A stretch of 64,000 bases of DNA, from the NCBI RefSeq assembly GCF_044704955.1, contig NC_091999.1:23870001-23934000 (forward strand). Reading direction: 5' to 3'. The notes under the pieces are model-generated. The model had not been told where the DNA came from, searched no databases, and worked only from the letters and a program-made list of their open reading frames with translations. A program made the translations under genes and the position numbers. Of the stretch, positions 63,827-64,000 are shown piece by piece. How positions within the stretch are numbered: the stretch's first letter is position 1; each line of letters starts with the position of its first letter. This DNA comes from Pristiophorus japonicus (Eukaryota).

Positions 63827-64000
63827 TGCCACCAGTTCTCTATTCACGTCAGTACATTGATCCCAATACCATGCGCTTAGACTTTGTGCACCAATCTCTT
63901 GACTACATCCACTGGTTCTCCCTTGTCCACTCTACTCGTTACATCCTCAAAAAATTCCAGAAGATTCATCAAGCATGATTTCCCTTTCATAAATCCATGC
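63827..64000 (-). mobile_element. Inverted CR1 ORF2 segment (runs off window)
   Basis: Reverse complement of ~63149-63223 joined to that of ~63010-63108. Confidence 0.85.

Overview
Eukaryotic DNA, almost certainly from a cartilaginous fish (shark-type IgM exons, CR1 LINEs, Deu-type SINEs, GPR139-like receptor). 1-11.6 kb: a decayed IgM heavy-chain minicluster. It has the 3' end of a VH already joined to a D-like segment (22-RSS), a JH with a damaged 12-RSS, and Cmu1-Cmu4 carrying stops and frameshifts. The secretory tailpiece is split by an antisense CR1, and its last codons (S-C-Q-stop) plus AATAAA reappear 21.6 kb downstream. That CR1 is itself split by a ~19.7-kb head-to-tail array of Tx1-clade non-LTR retrotransposons (one 3' stub plus three units). 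Every copy is followed by the same ~16-nt CR1 ORF2 sequence (TTCATGCACAAGGACC). This points to a Tx1 family that inserts site-specifically into CR1 LINEs and is the most striking system here. 35-45 kb: two nested or adjacent retroviral elements (tRNA-Arg and tRNA-Ser PBS); the larger has an env remnant with an F-protein-like layout. 45-64 kb: a polypyrimidine tract, minisatellites, a two-exon GPR139/142-like pseudogene, a third retroviral relic, several CR1 copies, and degenerate tRNA-Leu and tRNA-Asp genes. All calls were made by eye with no database searches, and novelty is unverified.
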